A stretch of 64,000 nt of DNA, taken from the sequence record MK250019.1. One strand, written 5' to 3'. Within the stretch, counting starts at the first letter, position 1. Every line of letters starts with the position of its first letter. Below, one piece after another: positions 40,167-56,372 of the stretch. The notes under the pieces were generated by a model. That model was not told where the DNA came from, did not search any database, and saw only the letters and a program-made list of their open reading frames with translations. Made by a program: the position numbers and the translations under genes.

Positions 40167-43100
40167 TTAAACTAAAATACGAATTGCATGTTTTGGTAAT
40201 TGTGTTACTTTACCTGCAACTGTACAATCTACAAGGTCTGTATCATCTGTAGTATCTACATATGACTTAGGATTTACTTTAATCTTACGTAATGGTTCAT
40301 CATTTTCAGAAGCAATTACAGCAGGAATCCAATCTTCAACATCAATGTCTATATTGTCTTTATGCCATGTTTCTTCTTTATCACCTACATAAACTCTTAC
40401 GTCATCTACACCTTCTAGAATATCTTTAAGATTTGCTTTAAATCTTTCACCATTTAATGTATTTTTCAAAACCATTGAATCTACTACAATATTACATTCA
40501 ACTGTTTTTCCATTTAAATCCGCCATTTTTTCAGCTTTAGGATTTTCTGGTGTTTTATTTAAATTATTCTTATCGAATTCAAATTGGTCTGGTGTATTGT
40601 CAATATCCTTAAATTGTGAAGGATCTGGTTTAATATCCTTTGAAGTTACATCAATTGTTTTACCATTCTTTGTAATTTTCAAATTTTGTTTATCACTAGT
40701 TTCTTCATCTACTGCAAATACAGTCCAAGGTTCATTTTTATAAAGAACTTTATCGTTTACTTCATATTCAATAACAGCTCCTTCTTCTAAGAAAGGATTT
40801 TTATTATGTTCAGTAACAAGATTTACATTAGGAAGTTTTGGTTTTACTGCTTCATTTTCATCCTGTTGTGGATCTAATGCACCGACTAAACCATCCTTCT
40901 TTTGTTTATCTTCAATTTCCTGTTTAAAATCATTTTCTTCTTTTGTTCCATATTTAGCGTCATTCGCTACTTTAGAATTATCAATATCATTATCGGAATC
41001 GACTTTTGTAGAACGTTTAATCTTACAATTTTCAGTTATATACTTATTATTACTATCATAAGATCTTCCTGTTAATGCACTGAATATAGAAGATATGATA
41101 AACATACAATCATCACTATCTGTTATGTTATAAGATGTAAGTTGTTCACCTTTATCTGCATAATCAACTTTTAATGATTCTATTGTTTGTCCAGGAACTT
41201 CATCTTTGAAATCTTCAATTATTTGATAAAATTCTTTTGCATCACGGTAATAAATATCTGCACCAATTTGGTAAATTGCATATGATTCAGAATCACCAGA
41301 TTCATAATTATCAGAAATAATAAAATACTTTACTGTATCAGAATCATGTCCTTCTGTTGCTAAATCAGTAACTATAACATTATTTCCGTCTTCATTTGCT
41401 TTTTCAGCAGATTTTATTGCCTTTACCTACATTTTACTTAATGTATCATAATCTGTTTCTTCATTATAATCTTCTATTGGATTATTACCAGTAGAATCGG
41501 ATGTAGAAATCTCGTTTGTGGTACTTCCATCAATTATCTCTTCTGTAAGAGGAGTACCTTTCTAATCCTTTGATTTAGAAGCCTTGATGGTAGCTTCATT
41601 TAAGAAAAAACTTTTACCCACCTTATTTTTAAATACAGGAGTAATCTTAATAGACTTATGTTCTTTAAGTGGTTTCTTTACCTTAACCTCTTTTGATTCT
41701 GGAATTTCTGTTCCGTCTGCAGAAGGTGCTGGTAATTCAATTTCTGTATTTCCTGATTTATATGTAGGAATAATTACAGTTTCTTTATCATCTGAATCAT
41801 CGTCCACGTCGGAATCATCATCATTCTCATCTTCATCATCAGTTATATCAGACATTTTAAAACCAAACATATCATCGTCAGAATCATTATCTGAATTATC
41901 ATCATCGTTCTCATCTGATAACTTTGTTAATGGATAATCCCAATCGTCATCATCGTCATCATCATCTGAATCTAATTTCTGAGAATATTCTTCACGATCT
42001 TCATCATTTCCATCTCTTAAATATGCTGCTTCCCAATCATCATCGTCGCCATCATCATCTGCAAGTTGTGCAGCAACAGTTGGACCTACTTCTTCATTTG
42101 CAGGTTCAGCAGTTTCACAAACATCACTATAATCAGGATGATTCTTAATTGCATCAATAACAGCTGCATAAAGTTCATTTGTCATAGGTTCGTTATCAAG
42201 AATAGGATTATTATCATCATCCAAGTAGAACTCAATTGTCTTGTTCTCTACATACTTCTTACCTGTGCCATCAATCATAGGAACAATTACAATAACAGAA
42301 CCTGATTTTTCTTTCTTACCATCCTTAACATTCTCATCAAACATTACATCTGCAATTTTATATGAAAATTTAGGTTGATATGTTTCTTCTTTCTCATCTT
42401 CAACTGTTTTAGGTGTATTAGCTGGAATATCTTCAATTTCAGAATTTGTTCCAAGTGGATCTTCTGTATCACCACCAAATACATCTGTTGCTTCATCACC
42501 AGGTTCAGCAGTTTCATCATCATCTGAATTATCACCCATATCAACAGTTGTCATTGAATTATATGTATCTTCATCATTATCTTCTGATGCAGTTTCATCA
42601 TCATCAGAATTTACAAATTCATCTTCATCATCTGTTTCTGTTTCATCAGAATCTTCTGGTTCAAATATATCTTCATCATCATCAGTAGAATCTGAATCAT
42701 CTGAATCATCATCAAAATTAACTTCCTTAAATGCTTCTTCATCATCTTCATCTGAATCTTCTTCAGAACCAAATACATCATCTGAATCATAGTCATCATC
42801 TGAATCATCAAAATCAGTTTCATCTTCATCTGAATCGCTGTCTGCATCAATTGCATTAGCTGCTGCATCATCAAATCCAGTACCTTCAGAATCTTCATCA
42901 TCATCTGAATCATCATTTGAATCACTACCAAGGAATTTTGCAAATTCATCATCAGTAACACCTTCATCTGACTCTTCATCATCAAAATTATCGGTTGCTT
43001 CAGAATCACCGTCTTCACCACTTAATGGTTGTGAAAGTTCATCTTTTGATGCATCAACTTCTTCATCAGACATTGGTTCATTTGGATTTTCCTTTGTTAC

Positions 43101-45215
43101 TGTACCATCATCTGTTGAATCATCATCTGTTGTTTCGTCATCATCTGTATCATCAGAATTATCTTCACCTGTTACATCATCTGCTTGTTTCTGCCATTCC
43201 TTATATTCTGCCTTAATATCATCAAGTTTCTCTTCTGCATCTGCAATAGCTTTTTCAAGTTTCTCCTTATTTTCATCAGATGCAGATTCAAGAGCTTTAT
43301 TAAGTTTTTCAATCATATCCTCATACTTTTCGATAGAATCTTCATACTGATTCTTTGTCTCATTAAGTTTAAGAATAATCTTATCTTGAGATGGAAGTAA
43401 ATCACTGAATAATGATGATACATTAATACCCATATGTTCATTTAACTTATTCTTACAGAAAATAGGATTTACGTTTCTGTAGAATGTATGCTGACCAATC
43501 GCATCATTATGTGTTGCAATGAATATATTCTGATCAAGTTTAAACAAGTCTGCATTAATATTATTATTCTCATTAAGAGTTACATGCTTAGCCCAATCAA
43601 TCTTTGCAATATTATTGAAATTCTCCAATAAACAAGAACACATAATATAGAAATTTGTATCATAATCATCATACTTCATACACATTTCACGAAGATTACG
43701 AAGTGTTTCTTTTGATTCTTTATGTCCATAAATATCAACATAACCTTCAAAAATTGTTGCATACTTATCATTACTATGAAGGATAATATGATCTTCATTT
43801 ATTTCAACATGTGGATCATTTACAAGACGACAAAGTTCAACAAATCTCTCATCAAGCTGATCAACAAGTTTATCTTCTAATACAGCAATGTTATTTCCTT
43901 TCTTTACATAGAATTGACCGTTAACATTGAAAATTGCTTCATTTTCCTTAACATACTGAACAGGCGTATAGATATTAGAAACTGATGCATTTTCTCTAAT
44001 AATATTAATCTGATCTTTAATATTTAATGCTTTTTCTGTAAGTTCATTCGCTCTGCGAGAATTATCTGAATAGATAACATTAAACATTTCATTGATATAA
44101 GGATCAGAAGCATATGGCATCAACGCATTACGTAATTGAACTCTGTTAATAGCATTAGGTTCTTTTACATAACGAGCAACATCTTCTTGAATAAGGTCTA
44201 CATAAATGAATGAAGAATGATCATCCTTCATTTCCTCTAAAATCTTAGTAAGTGTAATTTCTTCACGTTTTGAATCTACCTTTTCAGTAATAGACTTCAT
44301 TGCCTTACTAACAGGAAGCAAATAATTAAATTTAGATACATTCTGAAGGAATGTTTCATAAAGTCTCTCTTCATATGCACCCTGATTAATAGCATTAGAA
44401 TAAAGATTAATAACTTCCATAAGACGCTGATTAGATGAAGCGTCTGAATGACGAATATTATTAATATGTTCGGAAAGATTAATTCCTTGATTATTTGCAA
44501 TAGCATTTAAGCAGAAATCATCTTTTTCTGTTAAACGTGCTTTTTCATCTTCATCAAGTTTCTCATCAATATAACGTTGAACCTTTGAGAAAATCTGGTC
44601 CATTGTTTTCTTATCACGTTGTTCCTGAAGTTTCTTTTCAAAATTCTTTACTTCAGACTCATTAACATAATCTGCATGGATAAAATTAGCAGACATAGAA
44701 GTTTCTTCAGTAAGAAGAATATTTAATTTAGTTGCAACTGGATCACCATCTTCTACGAGTGGAGACAATGCTTCAACAAGATTATCCTTTGTTTCTTGAC
44801 ATTTATTTGCAACATATTGATTATACAAATATTTAATATTATCTTTTGTTAAAGGATTCTCAATCTGTTCAATAAGTTGATAACCGACAAGATTTGCTCC
44901 ATCAGTTGCCAATGTATTATTCATCTGTTCAATTACAGTCTTAATAGATTTATTACCTTTTGCGTATTTGGCAAGTCCTTGTCCAAACTGCTCAAAAAGC
45001 ATAAAATCCTGAGCACCATTTGCAAGTGCATTATTATAGTTAACCAAATAGCTCATTAATTCGGGGTTCTTATGTCCCTCTTCAATAAGTCCATTTACAT
45101 ATCTATGAATATTGAACTTAGTGGTACCATCGAAGTTTTCTGTATCTCGATTAAAACTTTCTTGAATAATATTACGAACGCCTTCTAAAAGCTCGTTTTT
45201 ATTTAATTTTCCCAT
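40167..45215 (-). CDS. Giant acidic protein, putative prohead core/scaffold (1682 aa, one TAG at 41562)
   Basis: Track ORFs 41562-45215 and 40167-41105 are in frame; the linker was read stop-free; Asp-rich centre; upstream of the capsid gene. Confidence 0.75.
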
Positions 45216-45287
45216 TAAAGTTTAAATATGTATTTTTATTTTTATTATTTATTATCGAAAAAATTAAGCATATTTTCAAAAATATGC

Positions 45288-46658
45288 TTAAACTATTAGT
45301 ATTGAATCACTTACACATTTATTTTCAGTATTATAGTGATCTCTTAAAATTAATTTTACTATTTTTGTATTAACCTTTCTTGGATAAACGAAACATTCAA
45401 ATTCTATAGGATTATTTTCATCTATCATAAAATTTTTAAGATTTAATTTAGCTGGAACTTCCTTTAACTATCCTTTATTATCTTCATATGATATTATACA
45501 GTCAACTTGTGGTTTTGCTGTTATAAAATATCCTTTATTTAATACATAAACAGTAGATTCATCAACAATACGTGTTTCTGGATCCGGATACATATAAATT
45601 TCAGGATTTGTATAAACTGTACATTCATCTGTATTAGGTACTAAAATATCAATACGAGATGGATTCTCAATAAAATCTAGCGGTATTCTCCAATGATAGA
45701 AATTATGATTATCGACTGAATCTAGAAGAAACTGTTCACCTTTATCATCTTCATATAAAATATCAACTTGAAGAAGATCTCTATCTTGATATGAATATTT
45801 CCATTCAACAAGAAGATCTTGTCCAGAAACAAGAATCATATCTTCAAAATCAGTTACCCAGTGTAATGGACCTGTTATTTTTTCTGGATGTTGTCTATTT
45901 ACCCATATAGCATAACCCATATTATTAATGGCATTATCTGCAGGTCTTTCATTATATCTGTCAAATATAGGTTGATATGTTTCGCACTATATTGTAAATG
46001 GAACCTTTATCATCGTATCAGACGGTAACTGTCCGAATGTATAAGTGCCTCCTGCTGTTGGTTGATATGCAGATTCTGGAAATCCTACACGTACAGGTAC
46101 AACAGTTCCTTTATAGTTTATATGAAATGTTAAATTTTTATAAAAGAATTCTCGATATGCTTGATTTATTTTCATTGCTTCATTCATTGTTGAACAACGA
46201 ATTTCTACATTAAAACTATATGTTAACGGCATAGAATATAGATATGAAACATATGATTTAAGCTTACCATTTTCTCTGCGCGTATATTTTCCCATTACAA
46301 ATCTGTTTGTAATGTTTCCTGATTCTATCTATACACTTGACATTGATAAACGTCCCTAAGGATAAAAATCGAAATTACCGTCTATTTTTTGTAAACCTAT
46401 ATCAGTACATTCATCACTTGTAAAATTCGTATAATTATCTTGAATAAACTTTTCTGAATTTTGATTTGAACCACCGAAATCATAAAAAAATGGAACACAA
46501 ACATTTTCTATTCCTTCTTCTGTATCATCCCATCTCTATTCGTAAAATAATCTTCTATTAAATACTTTTAATAAACCTACGAGAATAGCTCTATCAAAAA
46601 CATCTGTTGTGTTTCTTGTTTCAAAAAGCTATTTAGGTGTTAATTGTGTTTTTGACAT
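45288..46658 (-). CDS. T4 gp15-like tail completion / sheath stabiliser (456 aa, TAG=Gln)
   Basis: CVPFFYDFG..EKFIQDN, YP(Q)GRLSM, PLTYSFNVEI resemble gp15 motifs; TAA at 45288. Confidence 0.6.
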
Positions 46659-46737
46659 AATAAACTAAAATATAGTTTCAATATTTATTAAATAAAAAAT
46701 GTGACTTATATTCCGGTATATAAGTCACATTTTAATA

Positions 46738-47901
46738 TTATCTTAATTCTTTATCTAATAGACATAAACCTGATTTATAAAATTTCCATATATTTATGGT
46801 ATATATATGTTCATTTGTTTCCTTATCATCATATTCAAACATATATCTTACTTTCATAAAATTACCATGTTCATCTTTTCCTTGTTCACCTTTATCTTTA
46901 GAACCATAGTATATAGATGACATATAACCATAAGTTGGGACATTATAACCTTTATTTTGTAGATAAAGAATTGTTTCTTTATTTATAATATTTTCAATTT
47001 TAATCAAATCTTTAAATGTATATTGTTCAAAATTATTATCTATTACAAATTGTTTAAATAAATCTTCACCATATTCAAATCCTTTATATTTAGATGGTTG
47101 TAATATAGATGGTTGTGAATTCATTCTATATTTCTTAAATCCTAATTTTTTAAGGAAATTCAAGAAATCATCAAATGATTTCAAAGTATCAAATACATTT
47201 GGATATTCAAATGTTATATATGATGTTTTCCATACTTTTGATATAGATATAGGTTTCTAATCATTTGTACTAGACATAACAAAAGTATTTACATATGAAC
47301 TTAAATTATAAGAAGTTATAGGATAATCATCTGTTGAACTCATAATAATATCTTTCATTTTTGATGGAATACCATCTTCAAAATCAATAAATACTTTTTC
47401 AACAGTATAATTATTTTTTATATATACATTCATTAAAAAATATGTATTAATATATACAAAACGTTTTTTTGTACCATATGTAACATATTCGCAGTCATTA
47501 TCATCATTAGCATATATTATAATTTTATGAATAATATTATCAGTTACATATATTGAACATATTTTATGATTTCTAATATATATTTCTACACAATCATATG
47601 AATCATTTATATTATAACCTGCGAATTTACATCTAATTTCATAATAATCTAATCTCTTATATGAAACTAATTGTGTAATAGATGATATATATAATTCTCC
47701 TATTTTATACAAATTTTCTGCATTATCTAAATCTGAAAAACCTGATGGATATTCAGTTTTATTCCATGGATTATTTTTTAATGTATTTAATTCATCATCG
47801 ATAACCTTCTATGTAAATACAGACTAAGTTGCATCATTATCCACAATATCGTCAATATCATCAAATAAACTCTCTATTAAACGCTTTATTAATTTATTCA
47901 T
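46738..47901 (-). CDS. Hypothetical protein with MNKLIKRLIESLFDD leader (387 aa)
   Basis: ATG 47901; joins track ORFs 47257-47712 and 46738-47184 across TAG. Confidence 0.75.
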
Positions 47902-47915
47902 TTATAATATTATTT

Positions 47916-50900
47916 TTATATTTTTTTACCTACATATACATATCTAGAAAATGTAAATATACAACTATCAGAAACAGTTATATTATATTTATATGCATAT
48001 TTAATATTAAAACTATATAATCCATAATATGTCTTATTATTAATAGATGTTGGTGGTGATGTAATGCTATTAATATCAATATCTGGAAACTCACATATAT
48101 TTATATTATTAGACTTTGGTGCATATTTATTCTTTGATAATATTTCATTATAATAATTATGTGATGTTAGTAAAAGTGTATTGTCATTATTAGTACTACT
48201 AGAATATAAACGTATACTAGTAATTGATGAATCAACATAACTTAAATTTTTTTGTATTGGAGTAGAAACACCAGAATCCCTATAAAACATTTTCATTTTA
48301 ATAGTTATACCTTTTTGTATATTATTATCTGTTGAAAATATACCGTCCAAACTATATGTATAACCTTTGTAATCTGGATAATATATATCTGTATATAAAT
48401 TATTAATATTTAATTCTATTTTTTGTTTACGAATCACAGCAGGTGTTGATGACTTTACTATTTGATTTATAGATAATATTGCTGTTTTCTATTTTGTATT
48501 ATATTGTAATCTACCAACCTTTGCATATGTTGTTTTGTAGGTACTAGAAGTACCATTTGAATCAACATTAGACGATTTTTCAGTAATTTTAATTGATGAA
48601 TTTGTTGTATCTAACTAATCTATATCATTATTTAATAAATATAAATAACTTTTTAATGGATTAAATGAACCTGAATAGAATTGTATATTATCACTTTTAT
48701 ATGTATTGTCATTATATGTTTTAAATGATATATCAGTATAACGTACAAATTTAATATTTACGTTACCATCCCATCGGCCAGCATACCATGACATCCATAT
48801 ATCAAAATTTAATGTTATATTTAGTTTACTTAACTTAAAATCATTAAGTAATTTCTTAAAATTAATTGCAATTGACTCATATCCACAACCATGCTAATTA
48901 TCACTACTAAATGCTATATAATTATATACTTTTTCACTGTTATAATTATTTGATTGACTAAAACCAAATGAATTTTTACATATATCTACACTTGTATCTG
49001 TTATTATTAATGAACCATTATCTGATCTTGTTAATAATGTTGCTGTATCTAAATCACATCCACCATTACTCCATTCATATACTAAACCAAATATATCAAA
49101 TGCTGGGAAAAATTCACTATCACCATTTTGAATAATATCTTTATCTATTGATTTTTGAATATCTCCATTTTTATACGTAACAGACCAATTTCGTTTAAAT
49201 AGTTTATCAATATTTATATCTTCTACTCTTGCAGGAACACTGAATACCTATTCAACCTAATAATCAGTTACTGTAGGTCCAGATACCTTAGTTAGTGTAT
49301 AACTCGTAAAACCCTCAACTTCGGTAGATTTTAATTCTAAATCTGTTGTAATGTGATTTTCCTTTATATTTGGATCAGATCCTACATAACCATAATAGAT
49401 TATCTTAAACTATCCACCAGACTTAGGTATAGGATCTGGTTCATTTTTTAATATTAATTTTATATCACCTGGGTTTTGTGTTAATGTTATACTTTTTCCT
49501 TTTCCTTCATATTTTGCTGTAAATACATATGATTTTTTTTCTGAACTTTTATTTAATCCAAAAGTAACATTTATACTTATAAAACCGCCATTTTTATTTG
49601 GTACTGGTCTACCAACTGATATAGATATATTATTGTCATATAAAAATGTTATTTTATCTACATCTATTATATGTTCATCATTTAATATTCCAAAATAGTT
49701 TATTGTTTTTGTTTCTCCTACAGGATTAACAATATTTTGTTTTGACTAATCAGTTTCACTATCATATATAGATACATCAAATGTTGCACCTTCCTATGTT
49801 ATTGATAAATTCGCTGGAAGTTTTTGTCCATTTAAATTATAACTACATTCAAATTCATATGTTATAGAATTTGCAGTTTTATTATCTGCAACTTCATATT
49901 CTTTTCTATATTCATATTCACCTGATTGTAATCCAGATGATAATTCTGTTAATCTGTTATGTCCATTTTCATCTTTCGTTTCATTTGTCTGTGTTATACT
50001 GAAATTTCTTTCCGATACATCTGTATAAATTTTGCCATTATTATCTTTTTCTACACTACATATAACAATTATATGTGATGGTGATAATGGTGATAATGGT
50101 GATAATGTAAGAGAACCAAATTTCGCGTTTAACTTATAACTTGAACTACCCTATTTACATGTTAATTCTTTTTTATGCTTTTCATCATCACCACCAAATT
50201 GAATACTAAATGTATATTCCTTTTCTTCTATAGTAGGATTAGCATCAATTTTATAATCAAATGAATATTTTTTTGATTCACTATCATATGTAACATTAAA
50301 ATTATGTTTATTATTATTTAAACTATATACAAAATTTCCTATTGCATCTTTCCCTAAATCTATTATTTCACCATTATTGTATTGTAGATAAAATGTAATT
50401 TTTACTGTGTCACCATTATTGCTTATTTCAGTCTTATCTATATATGCTTTTAATTCACATTTTTCATCTCTACCAAATGATGTCCTTATTACTGTTAAAT
50501 CATTTGTCTTTGTGTTATCTTTATCAATACCATTATAACGATAATAAAATTTATATGTTTTATTCTCTGGTTCATTATAAAGATCAGTTAAATTATACTC
50601 TGATTTATATGTATTTAAACTTGAATCTAATGTACCTCTATCAATCTAAAAAGTATTATTATCTATAAATTTAAAATATTCAGACTATGTTGGTTGTAAT
50701 TCATCATTTAATAAAACTCTAACATGTATGTTTTGATTTGAATGTGGATACCCATTATATGTTATAATTGCACTACTATCTGTACCATTATTCGTTATTG
50801 TTCCTGCATTATTATTATCAAAAAATGCAAGCAAATCAAGTGAAGCACCATCCTAATATATTTCAATTCTATTATTATCATTATCCGTATAATTAGTAAA

Positions 50901-53885
50901 TGGATTCCATGTATAACGATAATCAGTTCCATTTATATTATCACTAATAAATTCATATTTTATAGATTTAGTTATTTCTCGTTTTAATAAGTCATCATTT
51001 TTATTTACTTTAAATGTAATTTTTAAATATGATGAATCATTAAACGTTTCTTCTCCTGCATTTTCAAACGCATTATTATCAATAGTTATATCACTAATAT
51101 TTACAAAACCTTGAAAATGTGTTTTATCTAAATCTATATATGTTTTGTAACTATTACCGTAAATATAATTAGCATCATCTGGTAACACTATCATAAATAC
51201 AGTTCTATAATATAAAGTTACCGGATAACCTGTTGCTGGTATTCCTTTATCAGTAGTACCTATTTTTAATATACTTTTATTATCGTTATATGATGAATCG
51301 TTATCAGATCTATATTGAATATATGTACCGTTTAATGTATTTTTATTATCTGGTGTTGCTTTAATTTCAGGCTTATAAATATTTAATTTTTTGTAAATAT
51401 ATAAATTGGTATTTATAGTACTATAACCCTACTTATACATAAACGCATATATTACCACACCCGGACATATATATCTTAGTATTGTAATTTTACCTCTATA
51501 TGTATAATCTTCTTTATTATATGTTGGATTTTCATCCGCATATGGCTATACATCAACCTAATTAGCTACACTAATTGAAAACTCTTTTACCTAAAATTTT
51601 GATAAATCTATTTTTTTAAGTGAGCCATCATCTTTATTAATTTCGCATACATAACATTTATAATAAAGTATATTATTAATAAATGGTGATATATATAATT
51701 TTTTTGGTTTATACTCTAATAAAGTTGAATAGCTACTGTCTTTGTATAATTCTACATATATCTATAAATATAGTTGTTTAATATCATAATAATTTGTTGA
51801 ATCATGATATTTTATTTTAATACGAAATATAATATCTTTAATAGTAGTTATATCATCTCCATCCATTTTCTATGGATCAACTTTTATAATAGACTATGAT
51901 TTATTAAGTAATTTTCTATTACCTTGTATCACATGTATATAACCTGGTGTATTATCATTAGTTGTATATGTAAAATATACATTATCAACTGATGTTTCTA
52001 AATGTTTATCTAAATAACCATCTTTAATAATACCTACACTTATTACTTCAAATCTATCTTCACCTAATGCTGATACATAATTTGATCTTGGTCTGATTTC
52101 ACATGCATATACTACTGATTTCTATGTTACAACATGAGAAACTGTTTTTGAATTATATTTTACTGTAAATGTTAAACGTCTATCTACATTTTTATCATAT
52201 ATATTTTTACATCTTATATTACTTGCAACTACATAATTAATATTTTCATATGTTATAATTTCATATTGTATATCTAATAAATTAACATCATCATTATCAC
52301 ATGTAATTGTATATAAATTTACATCTTCTATTGTAATTCCTTTTTCGTTATCAAACGCTCTAAATGCTAAAATTATATTATTATATTCTGGTATACCTCC
52401 AATTTTTTCTGTACATTCATCTTGTTTAATTGCCAAATCAATAGAAAGTATGTCCTATGTTAATTTACATGAAGCTTGTAGAATATCAAGATTATTATCC
52501 ATATTAAAATTTATAGTCTTTGTAATAGAAGCACGTTCATTTCTATCAAAATTAATATCTAATATATATTCATCACCATTTAATGTAACATTATTATATA
52601 ATACACTGTCAACTAATGCATTTATTGTATATGTCGTAGAAATATTATTTTTTATATTTGTAACATTTGTAATCTTTACAGAATTCTTTTTATCAATCTC
52701 TATTATACCATAATAATGCAATCTTATTGTTTCACCAAATGCAGAAACATTATATGTTCCATTAGTAGAAGGAGTTTCTGCTGTATTTCTATCTAAATAT
52801 TCTACGTAATACTATAATTTTATACTTGATTTATCTTGAATTATTTGTTTTACTGTACTTTTTAATTTATTAGAACCATTATCATATACTACGTTAACAT
52901 ATAAATATCTTTGCTCACTTGTATAATTTTCATCTACATTTATAGTGGTTTTAAATTCACCATCAACATATATAGTTTTAATTACACTATAATTAATCTA
53001 ATTCTATGTATTACTATATGAAAACTCTAACTATAAATTATCTTTAACTTCTTTTGACTTAACATTAATACCATCTGTATATGTACATTTATATGTTAAT
53101 ATTCTATTATCACCATTAAAAATTACAGGATTCGGTTTATCTATATCTAACGTAATAGTATATGTATTAACATTCTATATTATTGATTTTTGTTGATTAA
53201 CTTCATTATATTGAGTTTTAAATATTGCTTCAAATTCTAACGTCTTCTAACTACTTATATTCTCATCTATTAAATATACTAATTCTACTGTATTGTCAGA
53301 TGAATTAATTTTTAATGACTTTATTTTATTTTTATCTAATAAATTACCATTTAAATTTAATGTTACATTAGACTAATTTCTTTTATTTAATACTGCCCAA
53401 TATTTTATATGGATTTCCTGTTCATCACCAGATATTACACCTCCATCTTTATTTAAATGTCCATTCTACACTTCTGTAGGAATAAACTCCAAATGAACTT
53501 CAATATTTTCTTTTGGGGCCTATGAAACTTTTGCATATATATGATTTATAGGTGTTAAACTCTATACATTATTACGTACAGCAAATTCCATTACATCTTT
53601 ACGTAATTTTTCTGTTGTATTATCACTAATAGATGTAATGATTAATTTATTGTAATATTTTAAAGCCTCATTTGTTTCGCTATCTTTTTCACCTTCTTTT
53701 ATAAATTTATACCCTGTAATCCAATCAGGTTTATATATACAATTAATATCTGATGTAATAGGTATATAATTCCATTCTAATACAGCATAATAACCTGTAT
53801 TAGTCTCATTAAATTTATCTGCAGGTAATAACGGTAATATAATAGTATCTGATAAAATTTTATGAAATTTATTATTGCTCATCAT
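47916..53885 (-). CDS. Very large tail fibre / baseplate-associated protein with Ig/BACON-like repeats (1989 aa, many TAG)
   Basis: Five track ORFs share one frame; sampled lines contain only TAG stops; C-terminal WSNGGCDLDT..DNQHGCGYESI motif. Confidence 0.7.
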
Positions 53886-53909
53886 TTATATGCAAATTAG
53901 TTTTATAAA

Positions 53910-55625
53910 TTAAATAAATCCATGGAATATAAAATCACCATAAATTGATCTAGTTGTTGGTCCCCATGTTGTCAATATAGCGACAACAAACCAAATATTT
54001 GTTAATTTTAATCGTTCATAACTAGGTAAGAAATCACCTCCAATGACAATAGTCCATTCTAATAATCTTACTAACTTTTCTATAGCAGGTGAATTCTGAT
54101 CACTCAATGCTAACCGTATATCAAATAAATCAGGATCCATTAAATATTCTGGTGTTGTAATAGGAGGAAATGACTTTCTAACTATTTCATTTATTTTCTT
54201 AAAATCTACATTCTATAAAGCAGACTTTGCACCAATATCAAGTTTAAATTGGCACTTACTCATATCAAATGCTATATTCATAACACCCATTCCCCAAAAT
54301 GGTTTACCTAACTATCCGGCTTTATATACAGTTGGATCAGTTTTATAAAAAGGGCAAATTGCCATATTAGACTTTGCAGTAAAGAAGAAACCATATTCCT
54401 ATGGACCTATATAGAATGGTCCACTTACATTTATAATTGCATTATATGCAACAGCTAATGCTTTTTCCAAAGCTTCCTTTGCTAATTGTACTGCTCTAAT
54501 AATCTGATTAATAACTGCAAATAACGGTGCTAATTTCTTATCTACCGTACCGAATTTAATACGTCTTAGTAATTTTATAATCAACTCATTTTTTTTTATT
54601 AGAAGTAAATTAATTATCTTTTTTAACTCTATAAATACAAGGTTTACTTTTGCTGTTACATAATCTCTATATTCTTTTGGCATAGTTGCAGTACCAGCTA
54701 AAATATCTGGAACTTTCTATACTACATTTAATACAAGATTAAAATAATCTAAAATATTTTTAATTTTATCTATTATTTCTGGTGTTTCTGTTCTATATTC
54801 ACCTTTTAGTGTTTCTGTAATTTTTATAAGTAAATCTTTTCCTGCACATGTAAGTGAACAATAACCGTTTCCTGGCATAAAATCAATATGTTTACCACAA
54901 ACAGGGCATGTTCCACCTTTTGTAAGATAATGTCCAAACTGATCGACTGCAGACGCTAATCCTATTGCAGCATCTAATGTATTTTTACTTGTTCTAGTTC
55001 CATCTTCATCTTCTGTTACAGTATTTGTAACATTCTTAACTATATCTTCATCTTCTGCATTTTGTACAGAAGAAGCTGCTAATGTTGTTACATCCTATAA
55101 TGCAACTGTATCTTTTATCTGTTGATTAACATCTGTTCCTTTTCCTTGATGATATTCATTATCCTATACAGAAACACCATACATATCTTCTTCTATGATA
55201 TTAGACTCATCAAATAATGATGCTCCTGTATATTCCTCTAGATCTTCTTCTGATTGTTCAGTATGTCCAGTTGTATTTACAAATTCTTCATTATTATCTT
55301 CTTGTTCTTCTAACTATTTCTGTGTAAAAGAATTAATATATTCTTCTGTTTCGACACCAGATTTATTTTTTAATCTTTCACCAGTTGTTAAATTTTTAAT
55401 ACTATATACCCGTTCAACATCAATCAGATTATTAGTTACATTTCCATCTTTATCTACTTCATAATAAACATACCATGTTACTCGTATTTCATTTCTTGGA
55501 TCTCCTACATAATATGTTTTATATCTTAAAGATTCAATATAATATTTTTTATTCTCATCATACTAAAGATCATCGTCATCATAGTTATAATATATAACAC
55601 CAGTTTTAGATGTAATTGTTTCCAT
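53910..55625 (-). CDS. Hypothetical structural-region protein (571 aa, TAG=Gln)
   Basis: ATG 55625 (METITSKTG); joins ORFs 54399-54683 and 53910-54140; CPVCGK motif. Confidence 0.65.
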
Positions 55626-55627
55626 TA

Positions 55628-56335
55628 TCACATAATTAAGTTTTCAATATTTCCTAAATATTCAACTTCATTTAGATTAAATTTTTGTTTTGTATTGTCA
55701 TTAAATTTTACGATACATGTATTAACATTTTCCTATATAGAATATAATGTACCGAATTTATTATTCTTAATAACATATACATCATTTTCATGTAATTGAT
55801 TTGATTTAAATTTTAAATAATTATCATTTGTAAGTGGATATTTTGGTTTCTTATTTTGTTTATTTGCAATCATTTTACCTAATACTTTAGGCGCACCATC
55901 AAACGTTTTTATATTATTGAAATTTGCATAACAATTACCATGAATAATATATGGGAATGCAGTCCAATCAGATAAATTATTTCCTGTCATATTACAAGAG
56001 CCATCTACCTCATTGAATTTAAATAACTGCATTCCCATACGATTCAATCCTTTATTGGAAAGATATAAATTATCATGGACATCTACTAATATACCATGAC
56101 CTGTACATTTAATTTCGTAATTATCTACGTCTAATTCATTTAGCATTCTTTCGACTCTTGGTTTTAATTCATTTTCTTCATACTCTGAAGATATATTTGT
56201 TGATACATAATCATCATCACCTAATATATCATCAAAATCATCATCAAAATCATCAAACATTGATTCATTTAACGTAGATATATTTCTTTTATTGTATTTG
56301 TTTATTTTTTTATATTCTGGAACGGAAATAATCAT
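55628..56335 (-). CDS. LRR-like protein with LNESMFDD acidic leader (235 aa)
   Basis: TAG 55733 read through to TGA 55628; resembles the 16288/17421 paralogs. Confidence 0.7.
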
Positions 56336-56372
56336 AATTAGTTATTAAATAATAATTTATATTATTTATTTT

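Noticed and set aside
47916-53885. Diversity-generating retroelement target in the fibre genes
   Set aside because: No reverse transcriptase and no adenine-mismatched template/variable repeat pair noticed by eye; a self-alignment would be needed to exclude it fully.
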